A stretch of 63,973 nt of DNA, counting the filler, from Acetivibrio sp. (lineage in GTDB: Bacteria > Bacillota > Clostridia > Acetivibrionales > Acetivibrionaceae): the NCBI RefSeq assembly GCF_035371925.1. It is 7 parts of 7 records of this genome, joined end to end, with 100 filler letters (N's around TTAATTAATTAA, not from the genome) between each part and the next. Parts side by side here need not be neighbours in the genome. Positions count along the whole stretch, not along the records: positions 31,444 to 41,522 come from NZ_DAORXT010000103.1; positions 41,623 to 51,648 come from NZ_DAORXT010000104.1; 5 more parts are not named here. One strand, 5' to 3'. The translations under genes and the position numbers were made by a program. Under the pieces are notes generated by a model. That model saw nothing but the letters and a program-made list of their open reading frames with translations, did no database searches and was not told the DNA's origin. Within the stretch, counting starts at the first letter, position 1. The number at the start of each line of letters is the position of its first letter. Below are positions 41,255 through 51,593 of this stretch, piece after piece.

Positions 41255-41425
41255 CTGATAGCGCTCCATCAAATCAATTGATGACAGTTATACAGCTATT
41301 AACCGTATAACCAGACTGTATCTTTTTGAGCAGATACAACCTTCGGCAGTTTCCCCTTTCGGCTTTCGTCATCAAAGCTCAAACTTTTTAGAAAGCTTAC
41401 TATTGAAAACCGCACCTCTATCAAA
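41255..41425 (-). ncRNA. Lysine riboswitch (L-box)
   Basis: 5' GATAGAGGTGCG, internal GAAAGGGGAAACTGCCGAA, 3' GGAGCGCTATC closing P1. Upstream of asd-dapA-dapB. Confidence 0.93.
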
Positions 41426-41622
41426 CATCATAAAAAACCAAAACACTATTAACTTTATTTTCTAATATTCTATCATCTAAAATATTATATGTCAAATAAT
41501 TTATTTTTGTCATTTTCATTTTNNNNNNNNNNNNNNNNNNNNNNNNNNNNNNNNNNNNNNNNNNNNTTAATTAATTAANNNNNNNNNNNNNNNNNNNNNN
41601 NNNNNNNNNNNNNNNNNNNNNN

Positions 41623-41714
41623 AATACGAAATACTCTCCGTCCAACCGTTTGATATGTTCCCACAGACATACCATGGTGAGTGCGTGACATTGATGTCAA
41701 GGGGTGAGAAGTAG
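41623..41714 (+). CDS. rlmD: 3' end of 23S rRNA (uracil-5) methyltransferase RlmD/RumA, partial; known island integration site
   Basis: YEILSVQPFDMFPQTYHGECVTLMSRGEK*. The DMFPxT.HxE motif is present, with the usual HVE reading HGE. Confidence 0.8.
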
Positions 41715-41733
41715 AAGGACTTGAAAAGGCTGT

Positions 41734-41810
41734 AAATAAAGGATTCCCAGACATTGAAATGTACTCTCAGCTGTTCTGCCTGAGGTGATAATGTCTGGAA
41801 ATCCTTATTT
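41734..41810. repeat. Inverted repeat at the island boundary
   Basis: AAGGATTCCCAGACATT ... AATGTCTGGAAATCCTT (17 bp, one mismatch), just after the rlmD stop. Confidence 0.75.
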
Positions 41811-42104
41811 TTTATTGTATGCGGGAACATGTCAACTACACTGAAAGTGATAGGGTTGAGTTGATAGATTGGATAACGGGATTTTTTCATAGGGGTTGAG
41901 TTGACGGATTAGATATGAAGTTAAAGTTGCTGCCTTAAGAACTGCTTTATATAGCAGAAACATCTTATTAGTCAATCCTTACCATAACAATAAATATAAG
42001 CAAATCATAAGCAAATATCATAAAACTACTTTTCTGTTTACAGATTTTGTGATACAATTAATTGTAAGTACTTATACCTATTAGATGCTCGATGAGGTGA
42101 AAAG

Positions 42105-42299
42105 ATGAGCGAGATAATTAACGACAAATGGATTAATATCGATGAAGCTGCTACCTATTTAGGAGTGAAGCCTGTTACTGTAAGAGATTGGATAAGAAAA
42201 GAGAAAGGAATTCCTGCCCATAAAATAGGAAAGCAGTGGAAATTTAAAATCTCAGAGCTTGATAATTGGGTTAAAAGCGGGAAAAGTGCTATGGAATAA
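42105..42299 (+). CDS. Excisionase-like helix-turn-helix protein (HTH_17 type)
   Basis: 64 aa, 'WINIDEAATYLGVKPVTVRDWIR..GIPAHKIGKQWKF'. Confidence 0.9.
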   Translation: MSEIINDKWINIDEAATYLGVKPVTVRDWIRKEKGIPAHKIGKQWKFKISELDNWVKSGKSAME

Positions 42300-42358
42300 C
42301 ACTATATATCTACTAAAAATATGAATCGCATAAGATTAGAAAGGAGTTAAAGAGGATT

Positions 42359-45049
42359 ATGGCCGTGAAAAAATCAGAATTGTATTCCCTTTTGTGGGAG
42401 GCTTGTAATAAATTAAGGGGCGGCGTTGAACCGGCTCGGTATAAAGATTATGTGCTCGTGTTATTGTTCTTTAAGTATGTATCGGACAGGTATAAAGGAC
42501 AACCGTTTGCAGGGTTTAAAATTAGTGAAGGTGCATCTTTTGATGATTTAATCAGAGCAAAAGGAAAGAGTGATGTCGGAGAACGTGTAGACAAAATACT
42601 CCAGAAGTTTTTGGAGGACAACAAACTGCAAGGAGAGCTTCCTGATGTTAGCTTTAATAATCCCGATGAGCTGGGCTATGGCAAGGAATTGGTGGACAAG
42701 GTATCAGGCTTAATTGCAGTATTTCAAAACCCTGCGATTGACTTCAGGAATAATAGGGCAAGTGGCGATGATATCATCGGGGATGCTTATGAATACTTTA
42801 TGATGAAATTTGCCCAAGAATCTGGAAAGAGCAAAGGGCAGTTCTACACGCCAAGTGAGGTTTCCCGTATTATTGCAAGATTGATCGGGATAGACAAAAT
42901 TAAGCAGACGCCATTAAAAAAATGGACATTGTATGATCCGGCAGCAGGTAGCGGCAGCTTATTGATTCGCGCCGCAGATGAAGCGCCTGTGGATGAAAAT
43001 GGCGATCCAATTGTAACAATTTTCGGTCAGGAGAAAGATATCTCTACGGCGGGTTTAGCAAAAATGAATTTGATTCTCCATCAAATAGAAACAGGTGATA
43101 TTAAGAAGGGAAACACCTTGGCTTCTCCTGCTTTTATAGACGATTTTGGAGGACTCAAAAAGTTTGACTTTATTGTCATGAATCCCCCGTTTTCAGATAA
43201 ATCGTGGAGCGATGGTATCAAAGCAACAGAAGATAAATATAAACGATTTGATGGATACGGTATTCCTCCTGAAAAGAATGGGGACTATGCTTGGTTTTTA
43301 CACGTTCTGAAATCACTTAACGACAATGGCAAAGCGGGTATTATTATGCCTCACGGTATATTGTTCAGAGGTAATTCTGAAGAAACCATCCGCATTGCAA
43401 TTCTTAGGAAACGATGGATTAAAGGCATTATCAGTCTTCCAGCGAATCTCTTCTACGGTACAGGGATTCCTGCTTGCATTGTTATTATTGATAAAGAGGA
43501 TGCTGATAAAAGAGAAGGAATTTTCTTAATAGACGCCAGCCGTGGTTTTAAGAAAGATGGCAATAAAAATAGATTACGTGAGCAAGACATTGAGAAGATA
43601 GTCCGGACCTTTATCAACCAAGATGAAATTGAAGGCTATTCACGTTTTGTGAAATATTCAGATATTCTGGAGAAAAATGCTGGCAATTTAAATGTATCAC
43701 GTTACATACAAAAGATTGACGATACATTACCACAGAACATTGCTGCACACTTAAAAGGCGGCATTCCGGGAACAGATATTGACTCGCTTAAAAGACTTTG
43801 GAGTATATCTCCGGCTTTGAAACAGAAAATCTTCACTTGCACTGACAACCAGCAAAATATCTACCACCTTGCTATACCTTCTGAAAACATAGAGGAAGCT
43901 ATCTGGCAGGACGTTGATGTGCAGAACGAGAAGAAAAAAGAAGTAGAAACAATGTTTACGCAATGGCGAGATGCTGTTAAAAGCATCCTACTGAATATTA
44001 ACAGTGAAACGAACCCTAAGCAACTTATTCGTACTATCTCCTCCATGCTTTTGGATACGTATAAATCAGCACTACTTCTTGATAATTATGACGTTTACGA
44101 TTGCCTGATGAATTATTGGAATGCAAAGCTTCAGGATGATGTATATGCTATCAAAGCATATGGTTACGAGGCCGGAAGAGAAATTGAATATGAGTATGCA
44201 CAGAAAAAAATCAAAGATGAGAACGGCGAAACTGTATCCGTTGATGATACTTCTAAAGTAAAATCCTTTGATGGCGTTTTAATACCGAAAGAAATCATTG
44301 AGATGTCATATTTTCCAGAAGAACTAGATACCATCAATGCTTTAACAGAGAAGTCTGTGGCTTTGGGAGCTGAATTGGATGAAATGCGCGAAGAAGAATC
44401 CGGTGATGACGGGTTACTTAAGGAAGTACTCAATGAGAATGGAGATGGCATCCCGAAGGCGAATCTTAATAAGCGGTTAAAGGAACTCGAAAGCAAGAAG
44501 ACCTCCGCGGTTATGGATGCAATGACAAAGCTGATGACTCTATTTGACGAGGGTAAAACCGACGAGATGGAGGCACTAATTAGTAAAGCTCCGGAACTGG
44601 CTGAATTCGATATTAGAAACAAGAATGGAACTTTCGGTAAAGCCAAGCTTAAAGCAGCACTAAAGCTCGCTATGGATTCAGCTGTTGTCCCTGAGATCTA
44701 TAAAGAAGAGTACGATGCTTTGCTTGCGTATCAGGCTAAAATGATTGAGAAAGAAGAAACGGACAAAGCCATAAAAGAAGCTCAAAAGGCTCTTGATGAC
44801 AAAGTGCAGGCAAAATACGGAGAGCTTACTGTAGATGAAATCAAGCATATTCTTTTTGATATGAAATGGATGGCAAAACTTGAGGCAAGCATTAGAGATG
44901 AGATTGAGCTAGTGCTGAATTCTATGTCTTCAAAGGTACTGCTTATTGCAAAACGTTACGAACATACACTTAGAGAAATTGAAGAAGATACAGAAAAATC
45001 AAGGCAAGCAGTTATGGCAGCTTTGGAGAGGATGGGATACAAATGGTAA
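42359..45049 (+). CDS. hsdM: Type I R-M methyltransferase subunit (long form, 896 aa)
   Basis: 'GQFYTP', motif I 'YDPAAGSGSL', motif IV 'NPPF' (m6A type), long helical C-terminal extension. Confidence 0.95.
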   Translation: MAVKKSELYSLLWEACNKLRGGVEPARYKDYVLVLLFFKYVSDRYKGQPFAGFKISEGASFDDLIRAKGKSDVGERVDKILQKFLEDNKLQGELPDVSFNNPDELGYGKELVDKVSGLIAVFQNPAIDFRNNRASGDDIIGDAYEYFMMKFAQESGKSKGQFYTPSEVSRIIARLIGIDKIKQTPLKKWTLYDPAAGSGSLLIRAADEAPVDENGDPIVTIFGQEKDISTAGLAKMNLILHQIETGDIKKGNTLASPAFIDDFGGLKKFDFIVMNPPFSDKSWSDGIKATEDKYKRFDGYGIPPEKNGDYAWFLHVLKSLNDNGKAGIIMPHGILFRGNSEETIRIAILRKRWIKGIISLPANLFYGTGIPACIVIIDKEDADKREGIFLIDASRGFKKDGNKNRLREQDIEKIVRTFINQDEIEGYSRFVKYSDILEKNAGNLNVSRYIQKIDDTLPQNIAAHLKGGIPGTDIDSLKRLWSISPALKQKIFTCTDNQQNIYHLAIPSENIEEAIWQDVDVQNEKKKEVETMFTQWRDAVKSILLNINSETNPKQLIRTISSMLLDTYKSALLLDNYDVYDCLMNYWNAKLQDDVYAIKAYGYEAGREIEYEYAQKKIKDENGETVSVDDTSKVKSFDGVLIPKEIIEMSYFPEELDTINALTEKSVALGAELDEMREEESGDDGLLKEVLNENGDGIPKANLNKRLKELESKKTSAVMDAMTKLMTLFDEGKTDEMEALISKAPELAEFDIRNKNGTFGKAKLKAALKLAMDSAVVPEIYKEEYDALLAYQAKMIEKEETDKAIKEAQKALDDKVQAKYGELTVDEIKHILFDMKWMAKLEASIRDEIELVLNSMSSKVLLIAKRYEHTLREIEEDTEKSRQAVMAALERMGYKW

Positions 45050-46215
45050 CTTATCCACAAGGTTGGGAAACATATAGAGTCATTGATGTAGCTGATCTTT
45101 TTGATAATTTGCGTATTCCAGTCACAAAAAACCAAAGGAGACCTGGAAATACACCTTATTATGGCGCAAATGGTATTCAAGATTATGTCGACGGATATAC
45201 ACATGATGGCGAGTTTGTCCTTATAGCAGAAGATGGAGCAAATGATTTGCTAAATTATCCCGTTACATATGCTAAAGGTAAGATATGGGTAAACAATCAT
45301 GCTCATGTAATTTCTGCGAAAGAATCAGTAGCTGTTACAAAGTTTTTATATTACCTATTGAAAAAAGTTGATTATACTACTTTTTTGGTAGGAGGGACAA
45401 GGGCCAAGCTAAATGGAAAAACATTTAAGAATATTGAGATAACGATACCCAGTAATACTTCAGAACAAAAAGCTATATCTTCAATTTTATCAGATTTGGA
45501 TAATCATATTGATAATCTAGGAAAACTGATTGAAAAGAAAAAGAATATTCGCGATGGTGCGCTGGAGGATTTGATTTGTTGTCGGACAAGACTTGACGGA
45601 TTTCATGATGATTGGATAAAGGTATCCTTCAATCAAGTCATTGTTCCTAAGGCTAGAATTGGATGGCAAGGTCTCAAGAAGCATGAGTATTTGCGAAATG
45701 GATACAGCTACTTAATTAGTGGCACAGATTTTAAGGACGGGACAATAAGCTTGGATAATATATCATTTGTTTCAAAAGAACGATATGATATGGATGAAAA
45801 TATTCAAGTCAAAGAGAATGATGTACTTGTTACCAAAGATGGAACAATCGGAAAAGTTGCAATGGTTCCTACCTTGAGCAGACCAGCTACTTTGAATAGT
45901 GGAGTATTTGTCTTTAGAACTGCTCCGCAACTTGAACCTGCTTTCCTTTATAGGGTGCTTATGTCATCCGTATTCAGAGAGTTTATTGATACTCTATCTG
46001 CAGGTTCCACTATAAAACATTTATACCAAAAAGACTTAAAAAACTTTAAGTTTGAAATGCCCAAAGACGTTAATGAACAGAGAGCAATCTCTGATGTGCT
46101 TACAGCAATGGATAAAGAAATTAAAAACTTGGAAGCTGAACGAGATAAAATGATTCAAATTCGTGAGGGTGCAATGGACGATCTCTTAACGGGACGTGTA
46201 CGCCTGACTGTGTAA
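45043..46215 (+). CDS. hsdS: Type I R-M specificity subunit
   Basis: Two TRDs, each followed by a conserved 'EQKAIS/EQRAIS...LD..I..L' helix. Start overlaps the hsdM stop. Confidence 0.93.
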   Translation: MVTYPQGWETYRVIDVADLFDNLRIPVTKNQRRPGNTPYYGANGIQDYVDGYTHDGEFVLIAEDGANDLLNYPVTYAKGKIWVNNHAHVISAKESVAVTKFLYYLLKKVDYTTFLVGGTRAKLNGKTFKNIEITIPSNTSEQKAISSILSDLDNHIDNLGKLIEKKKNIRDGALEDLICCRTRLDGFHDDWIKVSFNQVIVPKARIGWQGLKKHEYLRNGYSYLISGTDFKDGTISLDNISFVSKERYDMDENIQVKENDVLVTKDGTIGKVAMVPTLSRPATLNSGVFVFRTAPQLEPAFLYRVLMSSVFREFIDTLSAGSTIKHLYQKDLKNFKFEMPKDVNEQRAISDVLTAMDKEIKNLEAERDKMIQIREGAMDDLLTGRVRLTV

Positions 46216-46227
46216 GGAGGAATCAAG

Positions 46228-49155
46228 ATGGCAACAGTTGACGCTGAGAAGAAATTGCAAAATAGGGTACTTCACTGGCTGGTTGATGACCTGGAATATA
46301 CTTATCTTGGTAATTTGGAGGATATCGATAACACACCTGTAAAAGAAGAACTTCTGAGGGCAAATCTAAAAAAGCGTGGCTATGGTGATGATCAGATTAA
46401 GATTGCCATCAACGAACTTATAAGCAAGATCAACAACCAAGCAGATACGCTTTATGAGATTAACCAGAAGGTATATTCTCTTCTTCGTTATGGTCGGCAA
46501 GGTGTAAAAGATGCCAATGGACAACGACAGACCGTGCATTACATCGATTGGGTGAATATTGACAAGAATGATTTTGCCGTAGCTGAGGAAGTTTCCGTCC
46601 TTCGTTATGACAAAGTCACAAGAAAGCGTCCTGATTTGGTATTGTACATAAACGGCATCGCTATGGGAATATTCGAGCTGAAGAGTTCATATGTCAGTTC
46701 CGGTAAGGGTATTCGACAGATGCTAACTAATCAGAAAAAGGAAAACATACTCAATTTCTTCGGCGCGGCACAGCTTTTGTTCGCAGGAAATGAAGCTGAG
46801 GGATTGTATTACGGTACCATTAATACACCGGAAAAGTATTACCTTAAATGGAAAGAAGATAAAAATGCAACTGATGATTTGTCTGTAAAAATCAAAACGT
46901 TGCAACAAAAGGAAGCAAATCGTCTGAGAGATGGTATTGTTTCACTTTGCCACAAAGAACGCTTTTTGTCTATTGTACATGATTTTGTGATTTTTGATGC
47001 CGGAATTAAAAAAATTCCAAGACATAACCAGTATTTTGCTAATATAGCTGCAAGAAAAAGTATTCTTGAGAAAAAGGGTGGTATTATATGGAATACACAG
47101 GGTTCCGGAAAATCTCTTATTATGGTATGGCTTACAAAATGGATTATAGAAAATGTTGCTGATAGTCGTGTTGTAATTATTACAGATAGAGAAGAACTGG
47201 ATGACCAAATTGAAAGTCTTTTTATTGATGTAAACGAAAAAGTACGTAGAGCAAAAAGCTGTAAGGACCTGCGTGATATTCTAGACAAAAGCGAAGACCC
47301 CATTATTTGCTCATTAATTCACAAGTATGGTCATAATGCGGGTAAACAGGCAGATATAGACCAATATCGTAAAGAGCTTTTGAAGGATCTTCCAAAAGAC
47401 TTTAAGGCGAAAGGAAACATCGTTGCTTTTATTGACGAATGCCATCGTACCAATTCCGGTAAGCTGCATGAAGCAGTAAAAACACTGATGCCCGATGCAG
47501 TCTTAATTGGCTTTACTGGAACTCCATTGCTTAAGACAGATAAGAAAACAAGTCTTGAAATCTTTGGCCCATACATACATACCTATAAGTTTGATGAGGG
47601 TGTAGAAGATGGCGTAATTTTGGATTTAAGGTATGAGGCAAGAGATGTTGATCAGGATTTATCCAGTCAAGATAAAGTTGACCTTTGGTTTGAACAGAAG
47701 ACAAAAGGCTTAACAGAGCGTGCAAAGCTCCAGCTCAAACAAAGTTGGACTTCCATTAATAAATTATACAGTTCTAAGCAACGCTTGGAGAAAATAGCAG
47801 CTGATATAGTTTTTGATATGAGCCTTAAACCGAGATTAAGGGAAGACCGCGGTACTGCTATGCTCGTCGCAAATAGCATCTACGAAGCATGCAGATATTG
47901 GGAAATCTTTATGAGTATGGGCTTTACAAAATGTGCTGTCGTAACTTCGTATGAGCCAACAACCGAAAGTGTACGGACGGCTACTTCAGATCCTTCACAG
48001 GAAAGCGAAGAAGAATACAAAAAGTCTATATATGAGCGGATGCTTGGTGGCAAGAAGCTATCAGAATATGAAAAAGAGGTAAAGAAGCAATTTAAAGAAA
48101 ACCCAGCGCAAATGAAGCTTCTTATTGTGGTTGATAAATTACTTACGGGTTTTGATGCCCCAAGTGCCACTTATCTTTATATTGATAAATCCATGCGTGA
48201 CCATGACCTTTTTCAGGCTATTTGTCGTGTCAATAGACCGGATGGCGAAGATAAGGACTATGGTTATATTGTTGATTATATGGATTTATTCCGTAATCTA
48301 CAGCTTGCCATTTCTGATTATACGTCAGAGGCATTTGATGGGTTTGACAAAGAGGATGTCGAAGGACTTATTAAAAACCGCTATGATGAAGCAAAGTCAG
48401 AAATGGAAGGTACACTTTCATCATTGGAAGCATTATTTGAAAACGTTTCAGAACCGAAAGCAGATACTGATTTCATTGAATTTTTCTGTGGAGATAACAG
48501 CGAAGATGATGAAAAAACAGCACGTCGAGATACACTGTACACGTTAACGGCAGCGCTCACTCGGTCTTTTGCAAATTGTTGTGATAAACTTGTATCTGAT
48601 TATGGNNNNNNNNNNNNNNNNNNNNNNNNNNNNNNNNNNNNNNNNNNNNNNNNNNNNNNNNNNNNNNNNNNNNNNNNNNNNNNNNNNNNNNNNNNNNNNN
48701 NNNNNGAAAATAACTTACAGCATGAAATTGTCAGAAAAATGAGTTCAAACAGTGTGTATTACGGCAAAATGTCTGAGATGCTTAAGAAAATAATCCTACA
48801 ACGCAAGGCAGAAGCAATGAGCTATGAAGAATACCTGAGACAGGTTGTTGAATTGGCAGAGGCTATTCTTCATCCAGAAACAACCAGCAACTATCCTGAT
48901 GAGGTAAAAGATAGCGCAGCAAGGCGTGCTCTTTATGATTATTTTCAAAATAATGTTGAATTGGCCGTTGATGTTGACAATGCAATTCGCATTTCCATAC
49001 AGCCTGAGTGGAAAAGAAATTTTCAAAAACAGCAGCGTATTAGACTTGCTATATATAAAAAATTATTGGCTCATATGTATACTGAAGACAGAGCCACGGA
49101 AGAAACCAATAATGTTTTCGAAATAGTACAAAGGCAGGAAGAATACGATGCATAA
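46228..49155 (+). CDS. hsdR: Type I R-M restriction subunit (spans a sequencing gap)
   Basis: Nuclease 'PDLVLYINGIAMGIFELKS', 'TQGSGKS', 'DECH', 'FTGTP', 'LLTGFDAP'. Confidence 0.93.
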   Translation: MATVDAEKKLQNRVLHWLVDDLEYTYLGNLEDIDNTPVKEELLRANLKKRGYGDDQIKIAINELISKINNQADTLYEINQKVYSLLRYGRQGVKDANGQRQTVHYIDWVNIDKNDFAVAEEVSVLRYDKVTRKRPDLVLYINGIAMGIFELKSSYVSSGKGIRQMLTNQKKENILNFFGAAQLLFAGNEAEGLYYGTINTPEKYYLKWKEDKNATDDLSVKIKTLQQKEANRLRDGIVSLCHKERFLSIVHDFVIFDAGIKKIPRHNQYFANIAARKSILEKKGGIIWNTQGSGKSLIMVWLTKWIIENVADSRVVIITDREELDDQIESLFIDVNEKVRRAKSCKDLRDILDKSEDPIICSLIHKYGHNAGKQADIDQYRKELLKDLPKDFKAKGNIVAFIDECHRTNSGKLHEAVKTLMPDAVLIGFTGTPLLKTDKKTSLEIFGPYIHTYKFDEGVEDGVILDLRYEARDVDQDLSSQDKVDLWFEQKTKGLTERAKLQLKQSWTSINKLYSSKQRLEKIAADIVFDMSLKPRLREDRGTAMLVANSIYEACRYWEIFMSMGFTKCAVVTSYEPTTESVRTATSDPSQESEEEYKKSIYERMLGGKKLSEYEKEVKKQFKENPAQMKLLIVVDKLLTGFDAPSATYLYIDKSMRDHDLFQAICRVNRPDGEDKDYGYIVDYMDLFRNLQLAISDYTSEAFDGFDKEDVEGLIKNRYDEAKSEMEGTLSSLEALFENVSEPKADTDFIEFFCGDNSEDDEKTARRDTLYTLTAALTRSFANCCDKLVSDYXXXXXXXXXXXXXXXXXXXXXXXXXXXXXXXXXXENNLQHEIVRKMSSNSVYYGKMSEMLKKIILQRKAEAMSYEEYLRQVVELAEAILHPETTSNYPDEVKDSAARRALYDYFQNNVELAVDVDNAIRISIQPEWKRNFQKQQRIRLAIYKKLLAHMYTEDRATEETNNVFEIVQRQEEYDA
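48606..48705. other. Intra-scaffold gap (100 N, no linker motif)
   Basis: Plain N run inside hsdR; the true gap length is unknown. Confidence 0.95.
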
Positions 49156-49912
49156 TGAAATAATGGTAATCGGTGGATTACCGATTGAGATTATCAGAAA
49201 AGAAAATCTGAAAAATTTATACATCAGGATAAACCCACCAACGGGTGATGTTACTGTTAGCACGCCAGCCGGAATAAAGAACGAGGATATCGAATTGTTT
49301 GTTCTTAAAAAAATGCCGGAGATTACTAAAGTCAGAGACAAGATGTTAGCACAGGAACGTCAAAGCAAGAGAGAATATATTTCTGGAGAATCCCATTATT
49401 TATGGGGCAAGCCCTACAGATTGCAGGTAGTATATGAGGGAACACACCGTAAAATTGTTAAGACACCGACTAAAATAATTATGACAGTACCAGAGGGAAC
49501 GAACACTAAGACGAGAGAAAATCTGCTCATCGAGTGGTACAGAAAAGAATTAAAACGTGTACTGGAGACTGTTGTAATAGACTGTGAGAAAAAGACGGGA
49601 ATTCATGCAGAGGAATATCGTATCAAAAATATGAGAACCAGGTGGGGCACATGTAATATAGATAGACGTAGGATATGGATTAACCTTCAGCTTGTCAAAA
49701 AGCCAATAGAATGTCTTGAATATGTGGTGATTCATGAACTGGTACATTTATTGGAGAGAAACCATACACACCGATTTCATGCACTTATTGAGGAATTATG
49801 TCCTACATGGAAAGAAGTAAAGAAGATTCTGGCTACTATGCCTCTTGACCATATGGAGAAAGGAGAAAAGGAAAAAGATGACGAGCAGACCGACATCGAG
49901 CGATATCTTTGA
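49148..49912 (+). CDS. M48/YgjP(SprT-like)-family HExxH protein associated with type I R-M
   Basis: 'MRTRWGTCN', 'LEYVVIHELVHLLERNH'. Start overlaps the hsdR stop. Confidence 0.9.
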   Translation: MHNEIMVIGGLPIEIIRKENLKNLYIRINPPTGDVTVSTPAGIKNEDIELFVLKKMPEITKVRDKMLAQERQSKREYISGESHYLWGKPYRLQVVYEGTHRKIVKTPTKIIMTVPEGTNTKTRENLLIEWYRKELKRVLETVVIDCEKKTGIHAEEYRIKNMRTRWGTCNIDRRRIWINLQLVKKPIECLEYVVIHELVHLLERNHTHRFHALIEELCPTWKEVKKILATMPLDHMEKGEKEKDDEQTDIERYL

Positions 49913-51470
49913 TGTAAATAAAAAAACCGGAGCACTAATTCTTGGGAAAAATCGCCTTGATGATTATGCTACCAAATTTTTAACAAGACATTGTAAAGAA
50001 GCTCTGACAACGCCGATGCCACTGCCCGTTGAAAAGATATTGCAAGAAGTCGGCCTTACAGTCAAGGAAGTATCCCTTTCCAGAAACTTGGACATTTTTG
50101 GTTGCTGCATGTTGCTTGACGGTGAGGTTGAAGTTTACGATCGTGAGTCTGGTACATATCATTCTGCCTTCTTCCCTGCTGGAACTATATTAGTCGATCC
50201 CAATTCTGAAGCGCTATATGGTGAAGGCTCTAAGCGAAACACTCTAATTCATGAAGCATTGCATTGGGAGAAGGATAAAACATATTTTGAAATTCTAGCA
50301 CTCAAAAATGCTGAGGCTACTGAAAAACTTTATCCGATTATGTGCCGTCAGTCAGAGACATTCTACGAACCGCCGGAGGGGAAAAAAACAAAAGAGAACG
50401 AAGTAAAATGGCTGGAATGGCAAGCGCACAGGCTAGCACCTAGAGTGCTGATGCCATATAAGACATTTAGGCAAAAAGCTTTGGAATTGATAGAAAGTTA
50501 CAAGGCTCCACAGAGCAATATTACCCCATCCTGTGATATTTTAGTTGAAAACTTAAGCGAGTTCTTTATTGTTTCAAGGTCATCTGTAAAGTATAGGCTA
50601 ATTGAAGTTGGACTTCTCGATGAAATATCTGAATTTGAAGATTATGATACAGTCTTTGATGAAATTAATAACCGCAAAGAATTTGCAGCGTTGACTCCTG
50701 CAGAAGCATACCAATTACTTTCTCAGAATTCTTCTCTCCGGGAGTGGGTCAGCGGTGGACGATTCGTGTTTGTTGACGGTTACTTTGTATTAGCAGACCC
50801 AAAATACGTAACAACAGAAAACGGAAGCCTGCGTTTAACCACTAAAGCAAGAAAGAACCTGGCTCAGTGTGCCATTAATATACATGAGCAAAAATATACA
50901 GCTTATCAGAATATTCGAAAAGACTTCATGGCGTATGTCCTGTATAATGTTGTTGGAGTTGATCAGCGGATGCTGACATTCCATCCAAAATATCAATCAA
51001 ACTTCGTTTATGAACCAGATGAGGTTTATGCAGCGTTCCATGAACACCTATTATCCTATGACGAAAATGAAGAAATTGAGCTTATCAAAAAATTAGGAGA
51101 CCCGACAACCACACTGTGCCAGTGCGTATGGTTTTTGATGGAGAACAGGAAATGGAAGTATCCAGAAGTATTTCATGAAAAAACACTGCTCCATAAGAAT
51201 TACCACGGAAAAATAAAAAATGATAAGTACAACAATATGGGTACTGATGTATTAATGGCAATTTGTGTTGGTTTAGGTTTGAATCTCCGTATTATAGAAA
51301 AGATATTCGAAAAGTCTTCAAATAAATTAAATTACTATAAAGATCCGGACAAGACATATATCCATATACTAGAGAATATGCCAGGGCTGTCGATACAAGA
51401 TTTTAACAGTGTTTTGGATCAGGCAGGCATACCAAAACTGGGAAGTACATTAAAAGATGATGAAGATTAA
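49878..51470 (+). CDS. ImmA/IrrE-family metallopeptidase with an extended C-terminus (possible XRE-like HTH)
   Basis: 'KRNTLIHEALHW', 'EWQAHRLAPRVLMP'. C-terminal 'YHGKIKNDKYNNMGTDVLMAICVGLGL'. Confidence 0.8.
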   Translation: MTSRPTSSDIFDVNKKTGALILGKNRLDDYATKFLTRHCKEALTTPMPLPVEKILQEVGLTVKEVSLSRNLDIFGCCMLLDGEVEVYDRESGTYHSAFFPAGTILVDPNSEALYGEGSKRNTLIHEALHWEKDKTYFEILALKNAEATEKLYPIMCRQSETFYEPPEGKKTKENEVKWLEWQAHRLAPRVLMPYKTFRQKALELIESYKAPQSNITPSCDILVENLSEFFIVSRSSVKYRLIEVGLLDEISEFEDYDTVFDEINNRKEFAALTPAEAYQLLSQNSSLREWVSGGRFVFVDGYFVLADPKYVTTENGSLRLTTKARKNLAQCAINIHEQKYTAYQNIRKDFMAYVLYNVVGVDQRMLTFHPKYQSNFVYEPDEVYAAFHEHLLSYDENEEIELIKKLGDPTTTLCQCVWFLMENRKWKYPEVFHEKTLLHKNYHGKIKNDKYNNMGTDVLMAICVGLGLNLRIIEKIFEKSSNKLNYYKDPDKTYIHILENMPGLSIQDFNSVLDQAGIPKLGSTLKDDED

Positions 51471-51497
51471 AAATCGATAACTCATTAAGTTGGTTTT

Positions 51498-51523
51498 GGA
51501 CTCCGAAAGGGGTCCTTTTTTTT
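51498..51523 (+). terminator. Intrinsic terminator
   Basis: GGACTCC-GAAA-GGGGTCC-TTTTTTTT. Confidence 0.9.
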
Positions 51524-51578
51524 ATGCCCAAAAATTAAGTTTCAATCATAATCCTCGTCATTTCGATATGGTTTCAAC

Positions 51579-51593
51579 CAACTCATCGAGTTG
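51579..51593. promoter_or_regulatory. Palindromic operator-like site
   Basis: CAACTC-ATC-GAGTTG; a related AACTCATTAAGTT occurs at 51479-51491. Confidence 0.5.

Noticed and set aside
48606..48705. hsdR disruption
   Set aside because: Unsized sequencing gap; both flanks are coding and consistent with one gene.
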